DNA of 54,470 nt from assembly GCA_023433205.1 (NCBI GenBank), contig JAEZDS010000007.1, positions 1 through 54,470 on the forward strand, in the 5' to 3' direction. Source of the DNA: Bacteroidota bacterium (GTDB taxonomy: Bacteria; Bacteroidota; Bacteroidia; B-17B0; Aurantibacillaceae). The number at the start of each line of letters is the position of its first letter. The first letter of the stretch is position 1. Below the pieces are notes generated by a model, which saw nothing but the letters and a program-made list of their open reading frames with translations, was not told where the DNA came from and made no database searches. Of this stretch, positions 9,259 through 19,200 are shown one piece after another. Position numbers and translations under genes: made by a program.

Positions 9259-10151
9259 TCTGATGGAGCCGGTTGTGCCTCACTTTTAAGCTGCCTGCTG
9301 GTTTTACGGCTTCCGTCGTGGCTCCAGCCGGGAGGTCCGAATACATACATTAATTTGTGACGGAAACTGCATTTTTTATGCCTGAGATCCTTAAATATTT
9401 CGCGCCATTCGTGAAAGATGAGAGTGAAAGGGCTGTCTGAATGAAGAGGATGGGTGAGCCCGTATTTTATCTTCTCGTTTTTATCTTCTTCTTCAAATGT
9501 TCCAAAAAGCTTGTCCCAGAAAATAAAAAGCATACCCATATTTTTGTCGAGATAGCGGGTGTTGCTTGCGTGATGTACCCGGTGATGGCTGGGGGTTACA
9601 AAGATATATTCCAGCCAGCCCAGTTTTCCTACAGTTTGTGTATGCGCGAGTATACCAACAATCTGCGCAGCGCTGTAAGCGAACATAATATCCAGGGGTT
9701 TAAAGCCGCAAAGTGCTATGGGAATAAAATAAATAAATCTGTACAAAGGCTGAAGCACGGAGGAACGGAAGCCAACACTCAGATTAAATTCTTCGCTGCT
9801 GTGATGTGTAACATGTACCGCCCAGAAGATGCGGCAGTAATGATCGACCCTGTGTAACCAGTAGAACATAAAATCCTCAAAAAGGAACAATACGATCCAG
9901 TAAATAACAACCAGATTCGAAAGATCAATGATATGATACTCGTAGGCCTGGTGAAGCACCAGGAGACAGAGACCGCGGATAAGTATATCAAGCCCCATGT
10001 TGAGACCGGATAAGTAAAGATTGGTGAAGACCCCTTTGGCGGAATAGAGCTTTTTGCCGTGGAAATAAGAGAATAAGATCTCTGCTCCGATCACAAGCAC
10101 ATATACCGGCACCGAAAATAGTACCAGCAATGATTCTCTAAACTCAGCCAT
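9255..10151 (-). CDS. Sterol desaturase / fatty acid hydroxylase family membrane protein
   Basis: Histidine boxes HRVDH, HVTHH and HHRVHH, plus DKNMG..FIFWDKLFGTF. Confidence 0.9.
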   Translation of the reverse strand: MAEFRESLLVLFSVPVYVLVIGAEILFSYFHGKKLYSAKGVFTNLYLSGLNMGLDILIRGLCLLVLHQAYEYHIIDLSNLVVIYWIVLFLFEDFMFYWLHRVDHYCRIFWAVHVTHHSSEEFNLSVGFRSSVLQPLYRFIYFIPIALCGFKPLDIMFAYSAAQIVGILAHTQTVGKLGWLEYIFVTPSHHRVHHASNTRYLDKNMGMLFIFWDKLFGTFEEEDKNEKIKYGLTHPLHSDSPFTLIFHEWREIFKDLRHKKCSFRHKLMYVFGPPGWSHDGSRKTSRQLKSEAQPAPSE

Positions 10152-10252
10152 TTTGTACGAAGATAATATTAAGCCCCGGTGCAGTTATGGCCCGTGTACA
10201 CAAAGTTTTAAGCAAAAGGTTCTTATTAGAAAATGGTTGTTAATCTGTCGCC

Positions 10253-11227
10253 TCAAATTCCCCGCAAAAGGTCATAGAGGCCATACCAGGCTGGTTTTGG
10301 CAGATAGTTTTCGTCAAAAAGAAGGGGAAAATCAACGCGGTTCAGATCCAGCGCCAGCCAGGAGTCAGCATCGCCCACACCCCAGAAGGTTATGCCGAAC
10401 CTTTGGGGGGGCGGTACGTGCAGATACGCTTCCACAAGAAACTGAAGTATTTTGGCCTGCTTCATAAAAAGCTCTTCTTTTCCCGAGACTTCTCCCTCGA
10501 AAGGGATCACCGATATGTCGAGTTCGGAGATGTGCACCAGATACCCTTCGCGTGAAATGTCCTCAAATACTTCAGCGAATTCTGCGGGTCTTGCACTGCT
10601 GATGTTCAGGTGCATCTGAAGGCCTATTCCATCAACCTTTATGCCCTGGTTTCTGAGATCGTTCAGGTAATTTAGTACAGCTTTTCTTTTCACCGGATTG
10701 GTTTCCAGGTCGAAATCGTTGTAAAATAAAAGAGCGGCGGGATCTGCTGCAGCGGCACAGGCAAAGGCCTGCCTGATGTAGTCGGGGCCCGCTACCCTGA
10801 ACCACGCACCCTGTTTAACAGCCCCCTCTTCAGTAAAAGCCTCGTTAACCACGTCCCAGCTCCCAATCTTTGACCTGTAACGCTGAACAAGGTTTGAAAT
10901 ATGGCTGCAAAGCAGTGCCTGCTGATTACTCTTTTGCAACATCCACTCCGGCAGCTCATGGTCCCAGATCAATGTATGACCATGGATCTTTTTTTTATGT
11001 TGTAATGCCAAATCCACAAAACCATCTGATTCAGTCCAGCTAAATACCCCTTCCTGGGGCTGTATAAAAGATGCTTTCAGACTTTTCTCGGGAGTAAAAC
11101 AACTGAATTGCTCTACTGCACGGCTGCGGTACACTGTGTTGTTCTGTATGTTGGGAAATTTTATAACAGTGCCTATGGGGAAAGGACTGATATCGCAAAG
11201 TTTGCCGGAAGGTTCTGGGGCCGGCAT
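10253..11227 (-). CDS. Glycoside hydrolase family 10 (endo-1,4-beta-xylanase-like)
   Basis: TPEKSLK, HGHTLIW, WDVVNEA (acid/base Glu), YNDF, GIGLQMH, ISELDI (nucleophile Glu), FWGVGDADSW and PLLFD...PKPA. Confidence 0.9.
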   Translation of the reverse strand: MPAPEPSGKLCDISPFPIGTVIKFPNIQNNTVYRSRAVEQFSCFTPEKSLKASFIQPQEGVFSWTESDGFVDLALQHKKKIHGHTLIWDHELPEWMLQKSNQQALLCSHISNLVQRYRSKIGSWDVVNEAFTEEGAVKQGAWFRVAGPDYIRQAFACAAAADPAALLFYNDFDLETNPVKRKAVLNYLNDLRNQGIKVDGIGLQMHLNISSARPAEFAEVFEDISREGYLVHISELDISVIPFEGEVSGKEELFMKQAKILQFLVEAYLHVPPPQRFGITFWGVGDADSWLALDLNRVDFPLLFDENYLPKPAWYGLYDLLRGI

Positions 11228-11229
11228 TG

Positions 11230-11940
11230 TCAGATGTCCGGCTGCTGCTGTCTGATGCCCTCCTCAGCGAGGGTATAGTAGGCTGTTCTTACCATTTTTC
11301 GGGCGGCGATGTATTGCCGGTATGGTTCAGAGTTGTTTTTCCTGGCATTTATCACATGATCATACTCGCCGCCAAGTGCAATAAGCAGTTCTGTGGCCTC
11401 ACGCAGGGCAAATTTTCCTCCGTGGGAAGCGGTAAGGTAATCAACCAGTTTATGCCTGGTACAATAGTCTGCAAACAGGGGATTGCTCTGCTGGTTTATC
11501 TGCACCCGCAGTCCGCACTTTTCTGCAATGGGGATGTCGAGCACGTCGTCAAAAAAATAGCATACCTGCGAGGGATCAATTTTTTCCTGCTCGCAGAGGA
11601 AGTTCAGGGCGTGGATCTTATGCGCCACCTTATAAAAAGAATAGTTAAAATTTTCGCGTTCGCTGTAATAAAAAGCGGTTTTATTGGTTTCGCCGCTTAT
11701 GGCAAGTGTCAGAGGCAATTCGCCATGAACCCTGAAGTAGGAAAATCTTAAAAGATTAACCCCCATGCTGTCAACTTCGCTGAAATTACTGCCGCCGGAA
11801 GAACTTTTATAACCACCGTTGAATACACCGTCCCAGTCGAACACAAAAGCTTTTACCCCCCTGAGCCTTCTGGTGATTTCAGCCGGAGAACTGATAAAAC
11901 GCCCTCCGAGACTGGTGTATAATTTAACGATCTCGTCCAA
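11230..11940 (-). CDS. KdsC/YrbI-like HAD-superfamily phosphatase
   Basis: FDWDGVF (motif I); D.MGV, FDDVLD and GG..ALRE segments parallel those of Kdo-8-phosphate phosphatases. Confidence 0.8.
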   Translation of the reverse strand: MDEIVKLYTSLGGRFISSPAEITRRLRGVKAFVFDWDGVFNGGYKSSSGGSNFSEVDSMGVNLLRFSYFRVHGELPLTLAISGETNKTAFYYSERENFNYSFYKVAHKIHALNFLCEQEKIDPSQVCYFFDDVLDIPIAEKCGLRVQINQQSNPLFADYCTRHKLVDYLTASHGGKFALREATELLIALGGEYDHVINARKNNSEPYRQYIAARKMVRTAYYTLAEEGIRQQQPDI

Positions 11941-11952
11941 TGGTTGTATTTA

Positions 11953-12963
11953 TCAGGGTTTAAGATCCTGAATATCGAGCATTCCAAGAGGTTTGCCGTT
12001 TTCAGTCACTACAATAGTATCTACCAGTGTTTTTTTGAAAAGCGCATTGGCTTCATTAAGCAGGTGTGAACTTTCTATGCTGATTGGTTCACGGTATTCG
12101 AGCTGGCTGAGTTTTTTGCTGAGAACATCACGTCCGCCGTCCATCAACAATTTACGAAGAGAACCATCGGTGAAAACACCTTTTATTGATCCATCTTTTT
12201 TAACTACAGTGATAGCACCGAAATTATATTCAGTCATTTTTACCAGAGCATCGCTAATGGTAGTGTCCTCGTTCACTATTGGATTAACGCCGTTAATGGC
12301 GTCTTTCACTCGAACCATCATAAGGCGCGTATCCATTATGAACTGATCGGTTCCGAGTGTGGTAAAATTGTTTTCGGTAAGCTGTTTAAGCACTTTCAGG
12401 GGCACCGTAATTGTGTGAACCCCGATATTGATTGCATTGCGTACATGTTCTGCATGGCGCACCGAGCTGAACATGATCCTGGTATCATAACCGTAATTTT
12501 TTACCGCGTTTACACATTGTTCTACCAGCGCCAGGGCATCATGACCCTGGTCCTGCAGGCGGCCTACAAGCGGGCATACGTATGATGCGCCGGCCTGCAT
12601 GGCCATATATGCCTGCTGGAGCGTGTAAACAAGGTGCACATTTACCAGGTAGCCTTTGTTTCGCAGCATTTTACAGGCTTTCACCCCTTCGAGTGAAACG
12701 GGGATCTTAAAAACGGTCTTATTCTTGTCAAGTCCCAGAGCAAGCTGTCGTTCCGCTTCGGCCAGCACCTCTTCGGCTGTGTTTCCCAGTGCCTCAATCT
12801 GCAGAACAGGAACTATCTTGCTGAGTTTAACGATGGTTCCGTCGATATCGGTGATGCCTTCCTTCTGCATGAAGGTGGGCGTGGTGGTTAAGCCATTTAA
12901 AAAACCCAGCCTGAATCCTTCTTCGATCTCTTTCAGGTTGGCTGAATCCAAATATAATTCCAT
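11953..12963 (-). CDS. TalC/FSA-family transaldolase fused to a C-terminal CBS-domain pair
   Basis: LYLDSAN, GLTTTPT, FKIP (Schiff-base Lys), YV.PLVGR and S.RH. C-terminal ~120 aa carry GVFTDGSLRK and GMLDIQDL, typical of CBS pairs. Confidence 0.88.
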   Translation of the reverse strand: MELYLDSANLKEIEEGFRLGFLNGLTTTPTFMQKEGITDIDGTIVKLSKIVPVLQIEALGNTAEEVLAEAERQLALGLDKNKTVFKIPVSLEGVKACKMLRNKGYLVNVHLVYTLQQAYMAMQAGASYVCPLVGRLQDQGHDALALVEQCVNAVKNYGYDTRIMFSSVRHAEHVRNAINIGVHTITVPLKVLKQLTENNFTTLGTDQFIMDTRLMMVRVKDAINGVNPIVNEDTTISDALVKMTEYNFGAITVVKKDGSIKGVFTDGSLRKLLMDGGRDVLSKKLSQLEYREPISIESSHLLNEANALFKKTLVDTIVVTENGKPLGMLDIQDLKP

Positions 12964-13032
12964 TCTCGGCGTTTAAAATTGGCTGTAAAGAAACGAAAAA
13001 TCGCTGAGCCTGCCTAGTATGACCGCTGAGGG

Positions 13033-13068
13033 AAAAAAGAAGAGGCCGTCTCGTTTGGGACGGCCTCT
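13033..13068 (-). terminator. Intrinsic terminator
   Basis: 10-bp stem AGAGGCCGTC/GACGGCCTCT followed by TCTTTTTT on the minus strand. Confidence 0.8.
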
Positions 13069-13069
13069 C

Positions 13070-13281
13070 ACAATGCAGTTTGGTGAAGGATTCGCCTACG
13101 GTCAGCAAATTGGTGCTGAAATCTGACACAAGTGTACCGGTTATGTATAACAACATCGCCGGCATCAACGGTAATGGCTCTACTGACCGACGCCTTGGAT
13201 CGTCATTTCAAAGGTTGTTGCCTGAGCGTTGTTTAGAAAGGGGCTGACGAGCAGGCAAAGAAGGCGGGCAGTATTTTTCAT
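13070..13281 (-). pseudogene. Probable decayed remnant of an exported beta-propeller (SBBP-repeat-like) protein gene
   Basis: ATG at 13281 gives MKNTARLLCLLVSPFLNNAQATTFEMTIQGVGQ* (signal-peptide-like, stop at 13180). Downstream, AITVDAGDV and LYITGT lie in adjacent frames. Confidence 0.4.
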
Positions 13282-13393
13282 TGGTTTGGCAGTAAAGTGT
13301 ATGTTAAGTGAGCAGTAATAAAACTGAGTTTCGAAGAAGCCCTAAACCTGAGCTCTGGGATTTTCAGAAAGATGAGGTTTAATTATCAGGATT

Positions 13394-14158
13394 TTAATGG
13401 ATTATAAGTCTGCGCATTGAATTATAATCGCCGGCCTTAATAGTAACAAAATACAGACCTTTGGTGAGAGATTCGATATTGAGCGGTACAGTATTTACAC
13501 CGGCAGAAAGTGGCAGATCGTTGCCGCCAACCCTGGCCCCAAGGCTGTTATAAATGTTTATTGAACAATCTTCGTTCCGGCTGAGGTTAACAAAGGCGCT
13601 GGCATAGCGCTGCGCCGGGTTGGGGGCAATTGAAAATCCGTTCTTATAGAGGTGGTTGCCTCCCAGGCCTGCAAAGGGATCGTTGTAACGGATCGAGAAT
13701 TGTATGGAGTCCTGAGGGTTTGCCTCGTTATATACCGTATATTTTACATGACTGAATCCCGCGGGATCAATTTCATCTATTTCTGCCAGCAGCATCTGAA
13801 AATCTCCCGGCACTTCCGAACTCCTTGCGCCCGCCGACAAGGTTAACGGGTCAGGTGATTCGAGCAGAAAAGGCGTAAAACATCCTCCTGCGAAACAAAA
13901 AAAGGCAGCTGCAGTTTCTGTGGAACTTGCGTTTAAAACAATATCGTAACGTTTTACGTGGTACGACTGCGTGCTGTTGCTTGTGTTGATGATGTCAATA
14001 TTTATTGAATGGGTAGGGTCGGCCTGAGCGGTAACGTATATGGCACTGTTGGGCGATATAACTTTGGCGTTGTCGTCAAAGTTCTCAAGCCTGAAAGTGT
14101 TTTGGGCTGTTGCAGAAAGGCCAAGGGCCAGAACCAGTGAAGTACAAATACTTTTCAT
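13394..14158 (-). CDS. T9SS type A sorting domain-containing exported protein
   Basis: Signal peptide MKSICTSLVLALGLSATAQ; C-terminal domain I.PNPA...IYNSLG...L.KGLYFVTI......RRLII. Confidence 0.85.
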   Translation of the reverse strand: MKSICTSLVLALGLSATAQNTFRLENFDDNAKVISPNSAIYVTAQADPTHSINIDIINTSNSTQSYHVKRYDIVLNASSTETAAAFFCFAGGCFTPFLLESPDPLTLSAGARSSEVPGDFQMLLAEIDEIDPAGFSHVKYTVYNEANPQDSIQFSIRYNDPFAGLGGNHLYKNGFSIAPNPAQRYASAFVNLSRNEDCSINIYNSLGARVGGNDLPLSAGVNTVPLNIESLTKGLYFVTIKAGDYNSMRRLIIH

Positions 14159-14164
14159 GAGAAC

Positions 14165-14191
14165 AAAAAGGCCCGCCATCTCAGGCGGGCC
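14165..14191 (-). terminator. Terminator-like hairpin between two co-oriented T9SS cargo genes
   Basis: Stem GGCCCGCC/GGCGGGCC with a 6-nt loop, then TTTTT on the minus strand. Confidence 0.7.
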
Positions 14192-14198
14192 CGTATTA

Positions 14199-16142
14199 TT
14201 AATGTGTTAGTGTTATTTTGTTGTGAAAGGAGCCGGCATCACTCTCAAGTGAAACATGGTAGATTCCCGAAGCCTCGTTTTGCAGATCAAGTACAAAACT
14301 ATTCTGGCCTTCAGAAAGCTGAACGGTTCGTTCGCTTACAAGCTGCCCCAGGTTGTTGCTTACCCTGATCACTGCTCCTGTTTTGAGCGGAGAGGTTACG
14401 GCAAACTGAACATTTCCTGAACTTGGATTGGGGAAAAGTGTGGCTGATAAACCCGCCGATTTTTCTTCCTTAATTCCAACAGAGGTAGGCTGACGAAGAT
14501 TTATGTCGTCAAGGTAAAGGTTATTTCCCCCGCCATATACTCCTACAAATTTGAGCAGGAGCGTAGGTGAATTAAAGTTGTTAAGTGTAATTGATTCCTG
14601 CCTCCACTGATGAGGCTCCGGAATAAAAGTGGTGTTGGTAGTGGTAAACACACTGGCCAGAGAATTACCGCTGCGTTCAAAGATCTTTGTCCATGAATTC
14701 CCGCAATCGGTTGAAGCAAGTATCCTCATAGTATCGCTGTCGTTTGCAGCTTTCTGAGAGTGTGCATAAACAAAATCCAGAATTGGCGCTTCGTTACCTG
14801 AGTAATCTACCGGCGGTAACATCAGCTCCTGGGCATCACCCACTTTGGTGCTGGTATAAAAGCTCAGCATGGCAGATTCTGTACTAAGTCCGGAAGCACC
14901 CACGCCTGAATTTTTGATCCACTGTTTGCCTTTAGAATCGCCAATCACAGCCCAGTCGGCAGGCGGGAATGAACCAACAAATCCTTCCTGCACTGCAACC
15001 GCGTTGTAATCTTCCACCACCATAAATTGTGTGGAATTTCCATTGTTTGCGGGCTCAAAGTCAGTATTATCCATACCTGTAATGGTATAAGAGAAAGTGT
15101 GAACGCCGGTTCCTGAGGGACTTGGCACGGGATCGAGGCTGATGGTAGTTTCGGCCCCCGGCGCAAGTGATCCGTTCCAGGTTGTAATGTTGGCGGCAGT
15201 ACCATTAACATAGGGGGTAATGGTAAGCGATGAAATTGTATTAAGGCCGGTATTCTTAACGGTTACAATGGGGTCAAGCGAGGTGGTGCAGGTTGTAGGC
15301 ACTTTTGGTGTAAGCGCGCTGGCATCGTACGGGAAACCTTCTTTATCTGCCCTGTATGCCTGGTGAACTTTTCTGTCGCCGTCATCCTGGATAAATCCAA
15401 CAAAAGCGATCTGGGTCTTGTCTCTGGCGTACGATGGAATTACGCAGTTAAGTGTAAATGTTTGGGTCTGACCGGTTGTCCAGTTGCTTGGCAGGGAAGT
15501 GCCATTCTGGATGGAAGGAAAAGATTTGATGGCGACATCGTGAAAAATTTTCTCACCATTGCTGCCGGGAGCCACATCAAATTCGATCTTTCTTTCGATC
15601 ATCACCGTACGGAAGACCAGGTTGCCCACAGCGTTAAAGTTGCTGGCCGCCTGAACAGTAATGGTAAGGGTAATTGCCGTGGCAGTGCTGTTCCATGCCC
15701 TGGCCATTGTAATTGAGAATGGCGCCGACACGTTTACCGCGTTTGTAATTACTGAATTGTTGAGATTGCCGGGATGATTACTGGAGGCGCCGAATACCGT
15801 CACGTTCTGTCCGTCCATTTTTCCTGAAGGCGCAGAATTGATGGCATAACCATATCCGCCCTGAGCCACAGACCTGTAACGCCAGTCGATCTCTGTTTTG
15901 TTGGTCTGGTAAAGCGAGGTGGCCTTGCTTGGTGCTGAAGGAATAGGCACCTGCCATTTGATGGCCGCTAAACGGGTATTGTTTGCCGGTTGTGCAAGCA
16001 GGGCGTCAAGCGCCGGATTTGTGGCGGCACAGGGACCACAATTCTCTCCTGTGAACTCTTCATAAAGCGCCATTCTCTGAACCTGGGCGGTGAACTCAAG
16101 CGAAAATGCAGCGACAGCAATTAATAATAAATGTTTTTTCAT
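14199..16142 (-). CDS. Omp28-like thioredoxin-fold T9SS cargo protein with Ig-like and adhesin-like domains
   Basis: Signal peptide; EEFTGENCGPC (CxxC); Ig/CARDB-like middle region; NNLYLDDI adhesin-like end; C-terminal domain LFPNPS...SGIYHV. Confidence 0.82.
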   Translation of the reverse strand: MKKHLLLIAVAAFSLEFTAQVQRMALYEEFTGENCGPCAATNPALDALLAQPANNTRLAAIKWQVPIPSAPSKATSLYQTNKTEIDWRYRSVAQGGYGYAINSAPSGKMDGQNVTVFGASSNHPGNLNNSVITNAVNVSAPFSITMARAWNSTATAITLTITVQAASNFNAVGNLVFRTVMIERKIEFDVAPGSNGEKIFHDVAIKSFPSIQNGTSLPSNWTTGQTQTFTLNCVIPSYARDKTQIAFVGFIQDDGDRKVHQAYRADKEGFPYDASALTPKVPTTCTTSLDPIVTVKNTGLNTISSLTITPYVNGTAANITTWNGSLAPGAETTISLDPVPSPSGTGVHTFSYTITGMDNTDFEPANNGNSTQFMVVEDYNAVAVQEGFVGSFPPADWAVIGDSKGKQWIKNSGVGASGLSTESAMLSFYTSTKVGDAQELMLPPVDYSGNEAPILDFVYAHSQKAANDSDTMRILASTDCGNSWTKIFERSGNSLASVFTTTNTTFIPEPHQWRQESITLNNFNSPTLLLKFVGVYGGGNNLYLDDINLRQPTSVGIKEEKSAGLSATLFPNPSSGNVQFAVTSPLKTGAVIRVSNNLGQLVSERTVQLSEGQNSFVLDLQNEASGIYHVSLESDAGSFHNKITLTH

Positions 16143-16179
16143 GTGTTTTAGTTTATTGGTAAAAATGAAGAACGACTAA

Positions 16180-16187
16180 CAAATATA
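16180..16187 (-). promoter_or_regulatory. Bacteroidota primary-sigma -7 box for the Omp28-like gene
   Basis: TATATTTG on the minus strand matches TAnnTTTG, about 40 nt upstream of the ATG. Confidence 0.6.
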
Positions 16188-16264
16188 CAAAAGCATTGCC
16201 CCGCATTACCCGCACCAATGTTAAAATTTAGGACTCTTTTGCCTGCGGCAGAGATTATTGTAAG

Positions 16265-16272
16265 TATTTTTG
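16265..16272 (+). promoter_or_regulatory. -7 box for the mfd operon
   Basis: TATTTTTG matches TAnnTTTG. It argues that mfd starts at 16282 or 16294 rather than 16270. Confidence 0.55.
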
Positions 16273-16281
16273 CCATGCAAA

Positions 16282-19200
16282 ATGAGGGGGGACGTGAAGC
16301 TGAGGGAGATCTTTGACACTAAAATAAGGTCTTTGCCAATTGACAAAAACTGCTGGCTGCAGGGTTTGAACGGGAGTGCTTTGGCGTTTTTTCTGCAATC
16401 GCTGTACCGGCAGCGTCCCTTACCCTTGCTGCTGATCGCCAACGACAAGGAGAAAGCAGCCTACCTGCTTAACGACCTGCAGGCGCTGCTGGCAGATACC
16501 CTGGTGCTTTTTTTTCCTGAAACCTACCGTCAACCCTACCAGGTTGAAAAAACCACCAACGCAAATATCCAGGAACGGGCCGAGGTGCTGAGTTATCTTA
16601 ATGGCAATAGCTTTTCGGGCATCGTGGTTACTTACCCGCAGGCCCTGTGCGAAAAGGTGACACTGAAAAAACAGCTGAGCAGCAACACGCTAACGGTTCG
16701 CAGGGGTGAGAAGCTTTCTGTTGACTTCCTTTCTGAATTTCTGCTGGATTACAAGTTCGAGAGGGTTGATTTTGTTTATGAACCGGGTCAGTACAGCATC
16801 CGTGGCGGCATAATTGATGTGTATTCATTCGCCAATGAAATGCCCTACAGAATAGAATTGTTTGGCGACGACATTGAAGCAATACGGAGTTTTGACCCCG
16901 CCTCCCAGCTTTCCAGATCCGTTTATGATTTTATCACCATCATTCCAAACATCAACTCCTCGGTTTTCAGCGATGAAAAGGCTCTGCTTTTTGAGTACTT
17001 TGACCCTGTAAAGGCGCTTGTTTGTATTGAGGACACAAAGTATTGTGAAGATATATTCGAGAGAAAACTGCTGCAGGCGGTAAAGATCTACGGGGACCTT
17101 GAGTCCGGCATCCGTCAGATGGTTCCTGATAAACTGTTCGCTGGCGGCAATGAGCTGAGAGAACAACTTTTACATTACCGTTGCTTTGAATTTGGTATGC
17201 GTGCCGTTCTCTCTGATGAAAAACTCAGTTTCTTGCAGCGTCCCCAGCCGGCCTTTCAGAAGAATTTTGACCTGCTGATCAACAACCTTAAAGAGAACAA
17301 GGCAAAGGGCTATGAAAATTATTTCCTTACCGATAATGTTAAGCAGGCCGATCGTCTCATCAGCATCTTTAACGATCTTCTTGCAAAAGAACACCGCAGC
17401 TACGACAGCATTATTAAGTATGTGGCGTTAAATGTGCATGAAGGGTTTATCGACGAGGAGTTAAAGGTGGCGGTTTACACCGACCATCAGATCTTTGAGA
17501 GGTATCACCGGTTCAGGCTTAAAGAAGCCAGACAAAGAACTGCCGAGGCCTTTACGCTGAAAGAACTGCTGATGCTGAACCCGGGCGATTATGTTACTCA
17601 CATCGATCATGGTATAGGGCGGTTCGCCGGCCTGCAGAAACTCAACATCAATGGGCGCGAACAGGAAAGCGTTAAACTCCTTTTTAAAGATAACGACGCT
17701 CTGTATGTGAGTATTCACAGTCTGCACAGGATCAGCAAATTCAGCAGTAAAGAGGGGCAGGTGCCGCGCATCGATAAGCTGGGCAGCGGCACCTGGCAAA
17801 CGCTCAAACAAAAGACCAAACGTAATGTTAAGGAACTTGCCTACGATCTCATTAAACTTTATGCCGAACGCAAATCAAGACCTGGCCATGCCTACCCGCC
17901 CGACAATTATCTGCAGCATGAGCTCGAAGCCTCTTTTCTTTTTGAAGACACACCCGACCAGGTGAAAGTAACTGCCGACGTAAAGCGCGACATGGAGAAG
18001 CCCCACCCGATGGACCGGCTTGTTTGTGGGGATGTAGGATTTGGCAAAACAGAGGTGGCAATACGCGCGGCCTTTAAAGCGGTTTGCGATGGCAAACAGG
18101 TGGCAGTGCTTGTTCCAACTACCATACTTGCTTATCAGCATTACAAAACTTTCAGCGAACGGCTAAAAGATCTACCCTGTAAAGTGGAATACATTAACCG
18201 TTTCCGTACCGCAAAAGAACAGAAAGAAACTGTGAAGTCGCTTGCAGACGGCAAAACGGATATTATTATAGGAACTCACAAGCTGGTAGGCAAGGAAGTT
18301 GTATTTAAAGAATTGGGTCTGCTGATTATTGACGAAGAACAAAAATTCGGAGTAGGTGTAAAGGATAAATTGAAGACCTTTAAGGCGAATGTTGATACAC
18401 TTACGCTTACGGCAACACCAATACCCCGCACGCTGCAGTTCAGCTTAATGGGCGCGCGTGATCTTTCTGTGATAAGCACTCCGCCGCCAAACCGTTATCC
18501 GGTGCAGACAGAGTTGTTTAGTTTTAATGAGGAGGTAATTCGCGATGCAATAAGTGAGGAGCTGAGCAGGGGCGGACAGGTGTTTTTTGTACATAACAAG
18601 GTTCAGGATATCACAGATATTACCGGCATGATCCAGAGGCTTGTTCCTGATGCCCGCATTGCCATCGGCCATGGTCAGATGGATGGAAAACGCCTTGAGG
18701 ATGTGATGCTCGGTTTTATGGAGGGTGATTATGATGTGCTTGTGGCAACAACCATCATTGAGAGCGGACTGGACATCAGCAACGCCAATACCATTATAAT
18801 AAACAACGCGCAGAATTTCGGCCTCAGCGATCTGCACCAGATGCGGGGAAGGGTGGGCCGCAGCAACAAGAAAGCTTATTGTTACCTGATTGCTCCCCCA
18901 ATGATTTCATTAACCGACGAGGCGCGTAAACGTTTAAAGGCTATTGTTGATTTCAGCGATCTGGGCAGCGGCTTTCAGATAGCAATGAGAGACCTTGATA
19001 TAAGGGGAGCCGGCAACCTGCTGGGCGGAGAGCAAAGCGGTTTTATTAATGACATGGGTTTTGATACCTACATGAAGATTCTTAATGAGGCCATTGAAGA
19101 GCTTAAACAGGAAGGCTGGTACAAAGAGGCTGTGGGTGAGGGTGCGGAAGCCGACAAATCTGTCTTCTCGCGACAGTTTGTGCGCGACACGGCGGTTGAT

